Assembly: GCA_023213395.1 (NCBI GenBank)
Contig: CM041465.1
Location: forward strand, 44,027,741-44,091,740
Direction of reading: 5' to 3'
DNA from: Cycas panzhihuaensis
Lineage: Eukaryota > Plantae > Cycadophyta
DNA: 64,000 nt
The translations under genes were made by a program, and so were the position numbers. Positions 1 through 12,305 of this stretch are shown here, piece by piece (within the stretch, counting starts at the first letter, position 1; the number at the start of each line of letters is the position of its first letter). The notes under the pieces were generated by a model. That model was not told the DNA's origin. It saw only the letters and a program-made list of their open reading frames with translations, and made no database searches.

Positions 1-2391
1 CTGCTTCTTGATAACATATAGACACACCATCATTAAAAACCAAAGCAATAAAAATAGAAGGGTTGTACCTATTAGGTGGATGACTAACTCGTGTAGATAT
101 TCTAACTGTTAGTAGAAGAGTGTCCACATACTCCTGTAAATCTACTGCAGATTCATCTTTAGAAACATCTTCCTACTCTTCTAATTCCAAAGATGGCTGG
201 GTTTCAAACTTGACCTATTGATGTTTAACTTTCTACTCCTGTTTCACTTCAACTTCTACACTATCTGATTTTAGAATGAGAGATTCATCAAATACAACAT
301 CTCTGTTAATGGTGATTTTGTGGGTAGTAGGATCCCATAACTTGTATCCCTTCACACCATCTTTATCACCATAACTAACAAAGATACATCTCTTGGATTT
401 TGGGTCTAACTTTGAACGTTTACTTTTATCAGTCAAGGCATAAGCATCACAACCAAAAACTTTCAAATTTAAATAGTCACATGGATGTCCAGTCCATACC
501 TCTTTAGGAATCTTGCAATCTATTGCAAGTGATGGTGACCTGTTTACCAGATAACAAGCTATTTAAACAACTTCTGCCCATAAGCCCTACTCTACTCCTA
601 CATTACTTAACATGCTTCTTACTCTTTCGAAGAGTGTCCTATTCATACGCTCAGCTATGCCATTTTGCTGCGGAGTATAGCTAGTGGTCTTATACCTTTC
701 AATCCTAGCTTCTCTGCAATAGTTCTCAAACTCCAAGGAATTAAAATCACCTCCATTGTTAGTTCTTAAACATTTGACTGACTTGCCAATGCTCTTCTCA
801 ACTAGAGCCTTGAACTACTTAAGCACACTGAAAACTTTAGATTTCCTTTTCAAAAAATAGACCCATACCTTTCTGGAGTAATCATTATAAATGTGACAAA
901 GTACAATGATCCTCCATAAGATATTATAGGGGATGGTCCCCATATATCTAAATGTATGTAATCCAGAACACCTTTACTAGTGTGACTCCCTACTTTAACC
1001 CTGCGTATACACTACTTTCCAAAAATACAATGTTTGTAAAAAGCCAAATCTGAAAGTTGTAAGATTGGAAGTAACTTACGGTTTATCAATACCTTAAGTC
1101 CTCTCTCACTCATGTGCCTAAGTCTCTAATGCCATAACTGAGCTGGATCTTCTATAGTCTTTGATGTTGTAGTTGCATGGCTGACATATGTACTTCCCAC
1201 TAAAATGTAAAGGTTTTTTTTCTTTAAGGCTTTCATAACAACCAAGGTGCCCTTTGACACCTTTAAGTCTCCTTCATGACCTATATGCTTATAACCACCC
1301 GAATCTAGTTCACCCAAGGAAATCAGATTCCTTTTTAGATTAGGTACATATCTAACCTCAGTTAATGTTCTCACTACACCATCAGATATCTTAATTTTGA
1401 TGCTACCAATGCCTACTGTCTTACAAGAAACTTCATTTCCCATAAGCACATCACCACCATTAAAAGGTTCGTACGATGAGAACCAACTCTTGTGTAGACA
1501 CATGTGGTGTGAAGCACCTGAATCTAATAACCAATCATGGTGATAATGGGAGACATTACAAGCAACTAAGACATCATTATCTATACCTTGATTTGACTCC
1601 ACCTGATTAGCCTCCTTGGTAGGATCTTCCTTTTTCTGTAACTCCTTTCTTTTATAGCAATCCTTCTTGAGATGACCGATTTTATTACAGTGCCAACATC
1701 TGAGCTTACTCTTCTTGCCTTTTAACTTTGACCTCGATGTATCCTTGGAGCTTTGTCCTCTCTCAATTATTCTAGCCCTTGCTATCATAGCTTCTGGTGT
1801 GGAGGTTTGAAGACTAGACTTCCTCCTCACTTCTTCCATCAATAAAGCACTCATAACAGAATCATATTTGAATTCATCTATAGTTCTAAAACTAATTAAG
1901 GTGACAATATTATCTTAGGATTCTGGTAATGAATATAACAAGGTAATAACCTTGTCCTCATCCTAAATTTTGACATCGATACTAGCTAATTGACAAATAA
2001 GAGTATTAAAAACATTTAAATGGTCAGCTATTTTTGTACCTTCTTTCATTTGTAATGAGTACAATTGCCTCTTCAAGTAGATTCGATTTATCACTGATTT
2101 GGTTATATATAGGCTTTCCAACTGGGTCCATAATTCTTCTGTTATCTGCTCCCCTGCGATATTAAATAGAACTTCATCTGCCAAGCACAATTGTATTATG
2201 CTAAGAGCCTTTTTGTCTAGATCATCCCATTCATCATCATCCATCCCTGTGGGTTTCTTCAATTTGCTTGCAAGAGCTCTATATAAACCTTATTATACAA
2301 GAACATCATACGCTTTCAACTTCCACAACTCGAAGTTGTTCTTACCATTGAATTTCTCCACCTCGAACTTTCCACTTGCTAGTTTCGTCAT
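1..2391 (-). pseudogene. Copia A gag-protease-integrase with stops and frameshifts
   Basis: Begins MTKLASGKFEVEKFNGKNNFELWK; ORF pieces 1963-2262, 1126-1854 and 233-466. Confidence 0.9.
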
Positions 2392-2449
2392 TTGGTATAG
2401 AAAAAGCCAATACTAAAACCTTCATAAACTCATTGTAAAAATAAAAGTG

Positions 2450-2461
2450 GCTCTGATACCA
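2450..2461 (-). promoter_or_regulatory. Primer binding site (tRNA-iMet) of Copia A
   Basis: Minus strand reads TGGTATCAGAGC, 2 nt after the LTR end ...GTCAACA. Confidence 0.95.
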
Positions 2462-2463
2462 CT

Positions 2464-3070
2464 TGTTGACAAGATAGGGTCCTAATAACCTGAAACCACC
2501 ACTAAGATCTAAACTATTTTTGCAACTAGTTACAGGAATCAAAACTAAAATTTAATATACAAGTTCTTAAACCAGAGATAATACAATAAAATGAATAAGA
2601 AAGCCAAGCATCACATATACACTCGATATAATGTGGTAAAACCCTAGCAGTGTGCTAGAAAAATATCCACATAGGAAAGGTATCAATCTTCATTATCAAG
2701 AATAGAGAAATGTACATAATCTATAGCAGAGTACTCACAACAACAACAATCAACCACCCAACTCCTCACAGTACATTTAACACATCAAACACCATCAACA
2801 TAATAAAAATACCCTAAATCAGGCTACATGAGATAGTCATACAAGGCACAAATCTCGACTGTAGAATCTAGGGTATTTTGAGCGAACAACTCTGATTCTC
2901 TTTATAATTTAATATACTTTCCAATGCTAGCTTTTTGGGTTGGGAGGCTCCCTAGCCAAGGGGGGCTCCCGCCTCCCTTGGAACCCCCCGAGAAAGGTTT
3001 GAGAGGGAAACCGCGTTGCCAACCTGTTAAAATTTTAGCCTCTAAACCATTGTTGTCACATTATCTAACA
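2464..3070 (-). repeat. 5' LTR of Copia A (~607 bp)
   Basis: TGTTAG...TCAACA ends on the minus strand, adjacent PBS; Copia B sequence resumes at 3071. Confidence 0.75.
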
Positions 3071-4700
3071 ATGTAGGCAAAACTAGCACTAGAAGTACCC
3101 ACAGAGTAAGGATGTATGAATCAATTTCTGTTGATCTTGAACCAATAGAACTGTACCTTGCTCTTAATGAAGGGCCCTTAACGTACCAAGAAGTTATAAA
3201 GCATACAACTTAGAGAAATACCATAAATGAAGAGTACCAATATCTTATCAAGAATGGTACATGGGAGCTTGTTGATCTACCACTTGGAAGAAAGATAGTT
3301 CAAAACAAATGGGTGTTAAAAAATAACTACAGGTTAGATGGCACCCTAGAAAAGCATAAGGCGAGGTTGGTAGCAAAGGGATTCACGCTAAGGGAAGGCA
3401 TTGACTACACTGAAATCTTTGCTCCTATAACCAAGTGGCCTACAATCAAAACTCTTATAGCGTTGGCTGCTTAACAGAGTTAGAAAATCCACCAACTCGA
3501 TGTTAAGACTACATTTCTCAATGGGGACCTTAAAGAAGAAATTTACATGGCACAACTAGAAGGATATGAGATTGTTGGTAAGGAGCATAAGGTTTGTAGG
3601 CTCAGAAAGTCCTTGTACGGCCTAAAGCAAGCCCCTCATGCTTGGTTTACCAAGTTGTCTAAAAGAATGAGGCAACTTGGATATGAGGTTTGTGACTATC
3701 AAGATATTGATGCAACATTATTCATCAAGCGCTAAAATAATAAAGTCACATATCTCTTAATCTTTGTGGATGATATGCTAATAACGGGGAATAGTGAATA
3801 AGTAATCAGCTAGTTGAAGAAGGACCTTACTAAAACTTTTGAATTGTCTGACCTCGGGTTGATGAAATATTATTTGGAAATTGAAGTAACTTAAAAGAAT
3901 GGCAAAATATTTCTCTCCCAAGAAAAATATATCAACGATCTTCTAATAAAGTTTTAGTTGGAACGTGTTCAACTAGTGGATATACTTATGGAATATAATA
4001 TTAAACTCTCAACTGATGGTGACACTAGGGAGGCAAACACAACACTTTACAAGCAACTTGTAGGTAGTCTCATCTTTACTACCAACACAAGGCCAAGTAT
4101 TGCACACTTTGTTGGCATTCTTACAAGATTCATGATAAATCCTAAGCAAAATCACTAGAAAGCTACAATACGAGTGTTGAGGTACCTGAAGACAACTAAC
4201 AAATATGGTCTGATGTATGAACCCAATGTAGAATTTAAATTTTATGCATACATAGACTCAGACTTTGTCGGAGATAAAGACACAGGAAGATCTACGTCTA
4301 GGTATGTAACATTTCTTAGAATAACACCGATATCATGGAGATCTAGATGACAAAAGATAGTTATAGACTCAACTGTCGAAGCTGAGTATATTGTCACTTC
4401 TCAAACAAGCAAGGAGGTGATATGGCTTAGAAAATTGTTGAATACATTAAATGCCACCCAAACAAGTTCTACTAGCTTATATGTAGATAATCAATCTACA
4501 ATCCAAATGGCTAAAAATCCTGTATTTCATGATCGTACCAAGTATATAAGTATAAAAGTCTACAAGATTAGAGAACTAGTTCATGATGGCATAATTCAAC
4601 TGGAGTACTGCCCCACAGTAGATCAAGTGACCGGTATTTTCACCAAACCACTGAAGAGGGTGAAGTTTAAGTAGTTCCAAAAGTAACTTAGCCTTAGAGC
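3071..4700 (+). pseudogene. Copia B reverse transcriptase + RNase H, degenerate
   Basis: [53 protein letters not shown]. Confidence 0.92.
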
Positions 4701-4726
4701 CTCCATCTCTAACTGATTGAAGGAGA

Positions 4727-5080
4727 TGACAATTAGACCATCATACTCTGTCTCATTCGTGAAATCCCCTTGTGGGCACAAAAGGATAAGAGTAAGTCTA
4801 TGTTCTATCCCATTCATGAAAACCCCTTGTGGACGCGAAAAGATAAGGGTTGTATCATTTTAGAAAATTAGAACCTGTGAAAATCCAAAAGGGCATGGGG
4901 GATGACCAAATGGTATATGGAGACTTAGTATATTTTAGCTATAAAATTCATTGTACTAATTGGTTATCTAGCTTCATTTAAAGAGCCACCTGAGCTAGGT
5001 TAGTAGATTAGAAAATCTGTGGGTTTTCTTCCCCATGAGGGTTTCCCACAAAAGTGTTATAGTAGTTTGCTTTGTAAGAG
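4727..5080 (+). repeat. Possible 3' LTR of Copia B
   Basis: Purine tract TTGAAGGAGA then TG; CTATAAAA at ~4939; TGTGGG...CCCACA stem near 5018-5050; right end undefined. Confidence 0.4.
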
Positions 5081-5149
5081 GCTCAAATGAAGACCTCATA
5101 GGATTGAATAAAATAGTATGAAATGACCTTCTACCATTAAGGGAGAGAT

Positions 5150-5503
5150 TGAAAATGGTTAATGTCATAAGGTCATTATATTAGTTGATTATTTCTAAAA
5201 AGGGTCTTAAGTAAACTTTAAATTAGATCACTTAAGTAAAATACACTTTCATGTGCATTATGTATAATTTCATTTTACCTAAATCTAATGCTCCCTCTCT
5301 CAATATAAAAGTAAAAGCTCAATGGAGGAGGCTCATTCTTACCTCTCCATTTTGTGAGAACTACTTTCTTTCTCTCAAGTCTATCTTGCTCCCATGTTTT
5401 CCTTTGTGTTTAGTGCATGGAGATGAAGGATAGATCCACTTTTTTCAAAAGGGAATTAGTAAATTAGGAATTGATATCTAAGGAATTTTTTAGAACCTTC
5501 ACA
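5150..5503 (+). repeat. Copia-type 3' LTR preceded by PPT TTAAGGGAGAGAT
   Basis: PPT 5137-5149, starts TGAAAA, TATAAAA at ~5304, ends ...TTCACA before Gypsy pol. Confidence 0.6.
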
Positions 5504-5759
5504 TATCATAGTGAAGATCAAGAAATTCAAAAAATTCTAACTATCCTTAAGATGAAAATGATGGAGGCTAATAAAAGCTGCTTTCAGATAGAAGTTATGG
5601 AAACTAAATATTGATAAGATTCAGTTAAAGTTGAGGAAAACAAACACAAAATTCCTTTAGATTACTATATTGTGGAGTATAGAGAATGGATGATTAATCA
5701 AACTCTAGCATATATATTGGGCCAAGATGAAAAAAAAAGTTCAAAGTAAACAATTGAAG

Positions 5760-8520
5760 ATTAAATAAATTAATGCTAGAATGGAAGAGCAACCTCAGAT
5801 GATCTCCATAGGAGATTAATGGGACGTAGAGACTATGCGGCAAGCTATAACATTATTCTTAGAATATAAGGTTGTCTTTGCTTGGTCACATAAGGATCTG
5901 CAAGGTATACCACTAGAATTGGGAGGGCATAAGATAGAACTAGTAAAAGGCACATAGTTTATTTGACAACATCCTTATATAATGAATCCCAAATATAAGG
6001 AAAAGATAAAAGCCGAACTAGATAAATTATTAGAAGTTGGCTATATTTTTTAAGTTGAAAATAGTGAATGGATCAGTCTAATGGTGGTGGTCTTGAAGAA
6101 AAAGGGGAAGCTCAGAGTCTATGTAACCTATAGAACCCTTAATAAAGTAACAAAGAAAGATCCTTTTCCTATTCTGTTTACTAAAGACATCCTAGAAGAA
6201 GTGGCAGGACATGAAATATATTCTTTCATGGATGGATTCAATGGATACAATAAGGTTGGGATTGCCTCAGAGGATCAATTGAAGATAATTTGTATCACTG
6301 AGTGAGGAACCTATACATATAGAGTTAAGCCCTTTGGGCTAACTAATATACCAACCACTTTTTAATGAATGATCTTAAACATCTTTTGACAAACTATTGG
6401 CAAGAAAATCGAAGTGTTTTTGAATGATTGAACAATTTATACTTTGATCAAAAATCATTTTAAAAATTTGTGATTAATGCTAAAAACATGTAGAAGGAAC
6501 AAATTGTGTTTGAATTCAACAAAATATATATTTATGGTTCCATTTGGATCTTTATTGGGATATTTAATGATGAAGGATGGGTTAAAAGAGATCCAAGTAA
6601 GGTTGTAATAATTTTGAATTATCCTACACAGAAAACGACAAAGTAGGTAAAAGGATTTCTAGTCATGATGGGGCATTATAGGAAATTCATTAAGGAATGT
6701 GCCTAGATATCTAATCCCCTAGAAACCATATTGAAAAAGAAAACTGTATGACAATGGAAATTGTAACAATAGTTTGCATTTGATTTGTTGAAGAAAAAGA
6801 TTGCACAAGCACTTGCTTTGATATTTCTAGATTAGGATAGATCATTTCATGTATATGTTGATGCCTCATTGCTTGCCATTGGGTATGTATTGGCTCAACT
6901 AAAAGACAATAATGTAGATCTCCCTATCTATTTTGCTAGTTGAAAATTGACATAGGCAAAGTAAAATTACTCAGTGACAGAGTAAGAAGGCCAAGGAATG
7001 GTTTATGCCTTACAAAAGTTTAGACATTATTTATTGGCTAATCCATTTATTTTCTTTGTAGATCACCATGGTCCCCAATATTTTCTAAATAAGCTAATTT
7101 TGTAAGGAAGGATCGACAGATGGTCGATTATGTCCTAAGAATTCAACTTTAAAATCATTGTTAAGAAAGGGGAAAAATATATCGTGCTTGATTTGCTATT
7201 AAGAGAAGCAAATGTAGAACCTAGTATGTGAATACATGATGATTTTCTAGATACTAAATTATTTTTTATTAAAGCAGTACCAAGATAGTATGAAGAAGTT
7301 ATGGAATATATTGCTACAAGATGTACACTAATGGGGCTTGAGCAAGTAGAAAGATAGTTTTTTCGAAAAAACATTCTCATTCTGATTAGTGTAGGGAATG
7401 TTGTATAAACTTAGATTGGATAGAGTACTATGACGATACATATTGGAGCATGAGGTTAAGGCGATAATACGAGAAGCCCATAAAGGGGTGGTAGTAAGAC
7501 ATCATAGTGGTGAATCAACAACATGAAAGATTTTACTTGTAGGATTATGGTGGTCAATGCTATTTGAGGGCAACAAAAAATGGCTTCAAAGATGTGATGT
7601 TTGCTAGCCCATGGGCAAGCCAAGGAAACCTCACTTCATATCCTTACATTCAATCTTATCTCGAGCTCCATTTGAAAAATGGGGACTAGATTTCATAGGA
7701 CCTATTAGTCTCTCAACTAAACAAACAAATGCAAGGTATATTCTAGTTGCCATACATTTCCTAACTAAATGGATAGAAGCACAACCTATGAGAACTTGCA
7801 ATGCTAGGAGTACAACTAGATTTTTGTATTAAACAATTATTGTTCATTTTGGTTACCCTTTAGAAATAGTGTCAGATGAAGGTGGTAGCTTTCTGAATAG
7901 TACCATAAAATATCTTACCAATGAATTCATGATCCAACATTATTAATACTCTCCTTATTATCCTGGGGCTAATGAATAAGTGGAAAGTACTAACAAAATT
8001 TTGAAATTAGGCTTGTCTAAAATTTATAGCAAAGGAAGGACTGATTGGGTAAAGTGTTTGTATTTTGTCCTTTGGACAAATAAGACGACAATTAAAAGAC
8101 CTCATTCTAGTTAGTATATGGTCTAGAAGCCATACTCCTATCAGAATTTCAAGCTGAAAGCTTACAGGTAGTGATTCAACTATAAATGTGGGAGAATGAT
8201 TCTCAAGACCAGAGGATTGTGGAGCTATTAAAGCTTGATGAGTAAAGAGTGAGAGCTTTATAGGAATTAAAAGTGGAAAGGAAAAGGTGGAAAATGTGGC
8301 ATGATCAGTATTTGAAGGCACTACAATTCAAGGAAGGAGATTTGGTTTTAATGTATGACAACAAATTTTGAATGAAACCTAGAAAAATAAAATTATAATG
8401 GTTAGGACTATACAAGATATATCATATTGGGTGAAATGGAGCAATCCAGCTTAGACAACTTAATGGAACCATATTACCAAAGGCAATCAACAAAAGCTAG
8501 TTGAATCCATATATAGTAAG
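5760..8520 (+). pseudogene. Gypsy C pol (RT, RNase H, integrase)
   Basis: YSFMDGFNGYNKV, PFGL, FHVYVDAS, HHSG...CDVC, PFEKWGLDFIGPI, GLYKI (GPY/F-like). Confidence 0.9.
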
Positions 8521-8924
8521 GTAAAAAAAAAAAACATGCAAATCATGAGGACATTAAAAACATTGTAATTATTGTAAAGATAGCTTATGAAAGGACCGTA
8601 ATATTAGGAAGATTGTGATCAATGATGACGGATTTGGTTGCAATCATTGAAGTAAAACAATGATTGTGATTAAATGATTATAAGCCATTATTTACTATGA
8701 TGTGATTATGATTTCGATAGTTATCCTTTTGATGATTATGATGTGATGAGAGATGACAATCATGACAAGTTATCATTGCTATTTATAGGAAATCAATTTA
8801 TCAATTTATTACTTGATGAAACTTCTATTACCAATGAGCTATTAATAGTTACTTCAACCAAAGAAAATTTTCAACTTGGACCTTATAGATAAGTGTAACA
8901 CAGTAAGCAAAAGACAGAGAAAGC

Positions 8925-10690
8925 ATGGCAATTAGTGAATTACAACAATTCACACTGGGATTTCAAGAATCAAACAATAAACAAATCCATAAATAATAGC
9001 TAAAAATGCCATCAAAAGATCCCCTAAATAAGAATTTGATAACTACAGGATTCATATAATATATTTTGATAGGCATTCTCTCATTTGATTTTAACTTTCT
9101 CACGGACGTGCCTAGAATGATAGTGCAATGACCTTCCTTGCTAGATTTTTCACTTGAAGTAATTGCACAACTGATTGTCTTACCTAATCAAGGACTAGAT
9201 ATTCCTAGAGAGAAATAAATGTCGAGGGAATAAGTAGCTTGCTCAATTAGAGAAAATATGTCTAATGTTTCTAGTTTAGGAATTCATATTTCAGGAATTT
9301 CTTAAGAGGAAATATGATAGGTTGCGTATTTTCTATTTACCTGAGTTATATCAGGATAGATAAGTCTATTCGTTCTAAGCCATTTACATTCCATGTTGAT
9401 CAAGGTCATAGAGGAACAATAATTTAATTAGGCCATATTCATCTCTAATAGATTTTTAAAGAATGTGGAGAGTGTAAGGAATGCTACATAATATGTTATA
9501 TGTTTTTATCCAACCTTGCTCCAAGGATTATCACAATGTCTAGGTATTAAACTCCCATCAGTGGATGAAGGTTAGCCTATTTTGGCAAAATGGACTGAAA
9601 TGTTTTCTAGAGAATGACGGCATGGTTCGATGCCATTAGTGAGACTACAAGAGAAAGTGAAGGCTTAGATTTAACAGTAGTAGTAGGCCAAAGACCCACA
9701 ATTGTGTCCAATAGGGAAATAAGAAGAAGAAGAAGAAATCGCAAGAAGAGGTGACCTTATAGACACAAGTCGGGGTACATGACTGGGATTAGAAGAAAAA
9801 AGATGAATAAAGAGAGAGAGAGAAAAAGATAGAAATTAGAATAGGGAAACAAAAAATAGGAGAATACTTGACCACTGTAGATGAAGAAGTTGATAGATTT
9901 GTAGAATAACCATAAACAACCACATTAACAGTATTAAAATGCACTGAAGAAGAGTGCCCAAAATGGAGAAAGTTGACTATAGAGAAGAGACAACAAGAAA
10001 TTCTAAAATGATTAAACAACTAGCCTCTAAAAGTTAAATTTGATCCCTCTTAAGATTTCTTGGAAGAGGGCTTGGACCCAATGTCTTATAACTACTAAGA
10101 TATTTCATAGTGGAAAACATCTTTCTTGGCAAAGGTTACTCGACAACTGGTAACTGAACTAGAACAAAGGACTAGGAGACCTTTACATAATATGTAAAGG
10201 ATACAAAAGTTGGAGGAGAAACTACCCTCTATGGAAGCTCATTTGGAATTTTTGAAGAAACTCATTATGGATTGGGTAAGGGATACAAATGTTGTTAATC
10301 ACCAGATGTAAGCATTTAAAGCTTGCTTTAAGCAAGACATTTCCCTTCGGTTGCATGAAGTCATATATAAGTTGGGGGCTTGGATCTTGGAAAAACAAGA
10401 GGATGCCATGCATGAAAAATAATTTTGGAGTAAAATTTATCACCTATGTTAGGATTTACATATGGCTAAATAGTTGAATAATAAACTTACAAAAGAAATT
10501 AAACATCAGCTTTTAAGAGAATAACCTATAGTGACATAGTTGGATACTTTGTATGACTTTGACATCTTGTTTGATCATTGTTGATCTCAGGGAGTTTGAG
10601 TACCACTTACCATTGTATGTGACTTGATCCTATTTTGATTAATAATCAATGAATAAATTGCGTAAGGAGAGAGAAGAGGTATGAGGACTA
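8925..10690 (+). pseudogene. Decayed additional ORF of Gypsy C, at the env-like position
   Basis: One frame holds from ATG 8925 for about 200 codons; most stops fit TGG/CAA/CAG/CGA decay; FSLEVIAQLIVLPNQG, FN*AIFISNRFLKNV, YPTLL; R/K/E-rich tail; 3' end approximate. Confidence 0.6.
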
Positions 10691-11097
10691 TAGTTCAAAA
10701 TTTTGGAGGTAAGGAGTTAGCGTAAAATTCTTTGAATTGAAATGAGTGAGAGTACCCGTTGGTTTTGTGATGGGGGAGATGTGTGTGGGTGAAAATGCAC
10801 ATATAATTTTGGTTTGATTAAGGTAAAGCAAGGCACACAAGAACAAAATAGAAACAAGATAAGCATTCAAAAAATAGTAGGTCTAAATTCCATAGAAGTA
10901 TTAACTATCCATTAGAAAAATAATAAAATGAAGAAAATAGAAAGGTTGGTAATTGTACTAGGTAGGCCAAGTGATAATAATGCTTTTCGTTTTATCCTCT
11001 TGCCTTTTAATGTTGATTCTAAATGGTAACTACTTCCAACTACCAAAATGCTTACTTAGTTACCAACCATTATAACTACTCCAACCTAAGGGAAAAT

Positions 11098-11464
11098 TGT
11101 TGGGCTGGGATAATATTAGCTAAGTATATGTAGATTTGGCGCTTCTAACTTTTTGTCCTTATCCATTCTAACTTAGGCAACTCAATTCAAACAAAACATC
11201 CCTACTTTATTTGTCTCTCAATTTGAGCATATAAATGTTAAGCCCATTATTAAGAATTTGTAGTGTTATAAGTCATGTTTACTTGCAATCTCCTTGTATT
11301 ATTTTCTTCAATTTAGAAAATTATCCTTTTTTATATGACCTTCCCCTCTTACCACAGAGGGAAGTTATTTTTTTCTTCAATTTCATAGAGAGGTGGATTC
11401 AACTGTTAGTTTTATAGGGCATTTGTCTCTTCTTTAAGAGGCTTCAAGGTTGGAGAATGTTACA
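11098..11464 (+). repeat. Probable 3' LTR of Gypsy C
   Basis: Follows PPT; TGTTGG start; CATATAAAT at ~11228; candidate end GTTACA. Confidence 0.5.
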
Positions 11465-12305
11465 CTCGACAATTATTCCCATCTTGAAAATTTTTAAGCT
11501 CTCCTTGTATAGCCTCCACAAATATATTATAATAATTATTTAAAATCTTCACCAAGGAGCCTATCAATTCCTATAATTTATGTGTTTCAGAGAATAAATC
11601 CTAAATATTTAAGGCAAAAAATGTCATATCCTCATTACCTTTATTTGTTAGATCTTGACCTAGTTGTGTCTCTCTTGCAATATGCTTTAACTACTCCATA
11701 AAGTGTTCCACTTGATCATAAGCATCATGATGTAAGGGTTATATTTGTAAAGGATGCCATGCCTTTGGGCATTCATGAAGGCTTTACTTAAGTTATACAT
11801 TTTCACCTTTAAGCCTCTAACTTTCTTCCCTAATATCATATGCTTCTTCTTGCAACTCCTTAAATTTTTTTCTTTCAACATCTCTATAACAGATAAATGA
11901 AAATTAACAGCTTCTAAGGGAATCTAATCCTTTAGAGATAGATCTTCTCTCTACACTCATCCTTGAGCCTACACCTATACTAAATGAATGACTTGTTCGT
12001 TGGGCTTCCATTTATGGAAATTACCAATGGATATCTCACTGCTTATTGCTTTCTTGGATACCCCTTATTACAACCTGAACTTCTATTATTGCTAGACCTA
12101 TGGATCCAAAATAAACATCAACTATTTTCCTTATGAAGATGTTGCTCCATCATCTGTGAATGTCCTCCCTCCTCTAACCAATCTTGAAGGAGTTTCGTTT
12201 ATAATCACCTCAATAGGGATATCTTCAAAAACATTTTAATCATCACCTTTCATTGTTTTATCAACATTAACATGCATTTATTTCCAAGCCAATAGACTGG
12301 GTATC
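11465..12305 (-). pseudogene. Decayed coding-like segment related to the extra ORF of Gypsy E
   Basis: 12201-12305 aligns (~70%) with 17385-17490 of E; purine-rich minus strand. Confidence 0.4.

Larger units (their letters stand above)
1..3070 (-). mobile_element. Ty1/Copia LTR retrotransposon A, 5' half (runs off the left edge), inserted into Copia B
   Basis: 5' LTR 2464-3070, tRNA-iMet PBS, gag, CCHC knuckle (CWHCNKIGHLKKDC), protease (WLLDSGASHHM) and integrase (VFGCDAY...KRSKLDPKSKRCIF) in Copia order. Confidence 0.93.
5504..11464 (+). mobile_element. Ty3/Gypsy C (non-chromovirus, Athila/Tat-like), 3' part: pol, extra ORF, 3' LTR
   Basis: RT-RH-INT order; 2.5-kb region after pol; PPT AAGGGAAAAT then TGTTGGGC at 11098. 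Confidence 0.8.
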
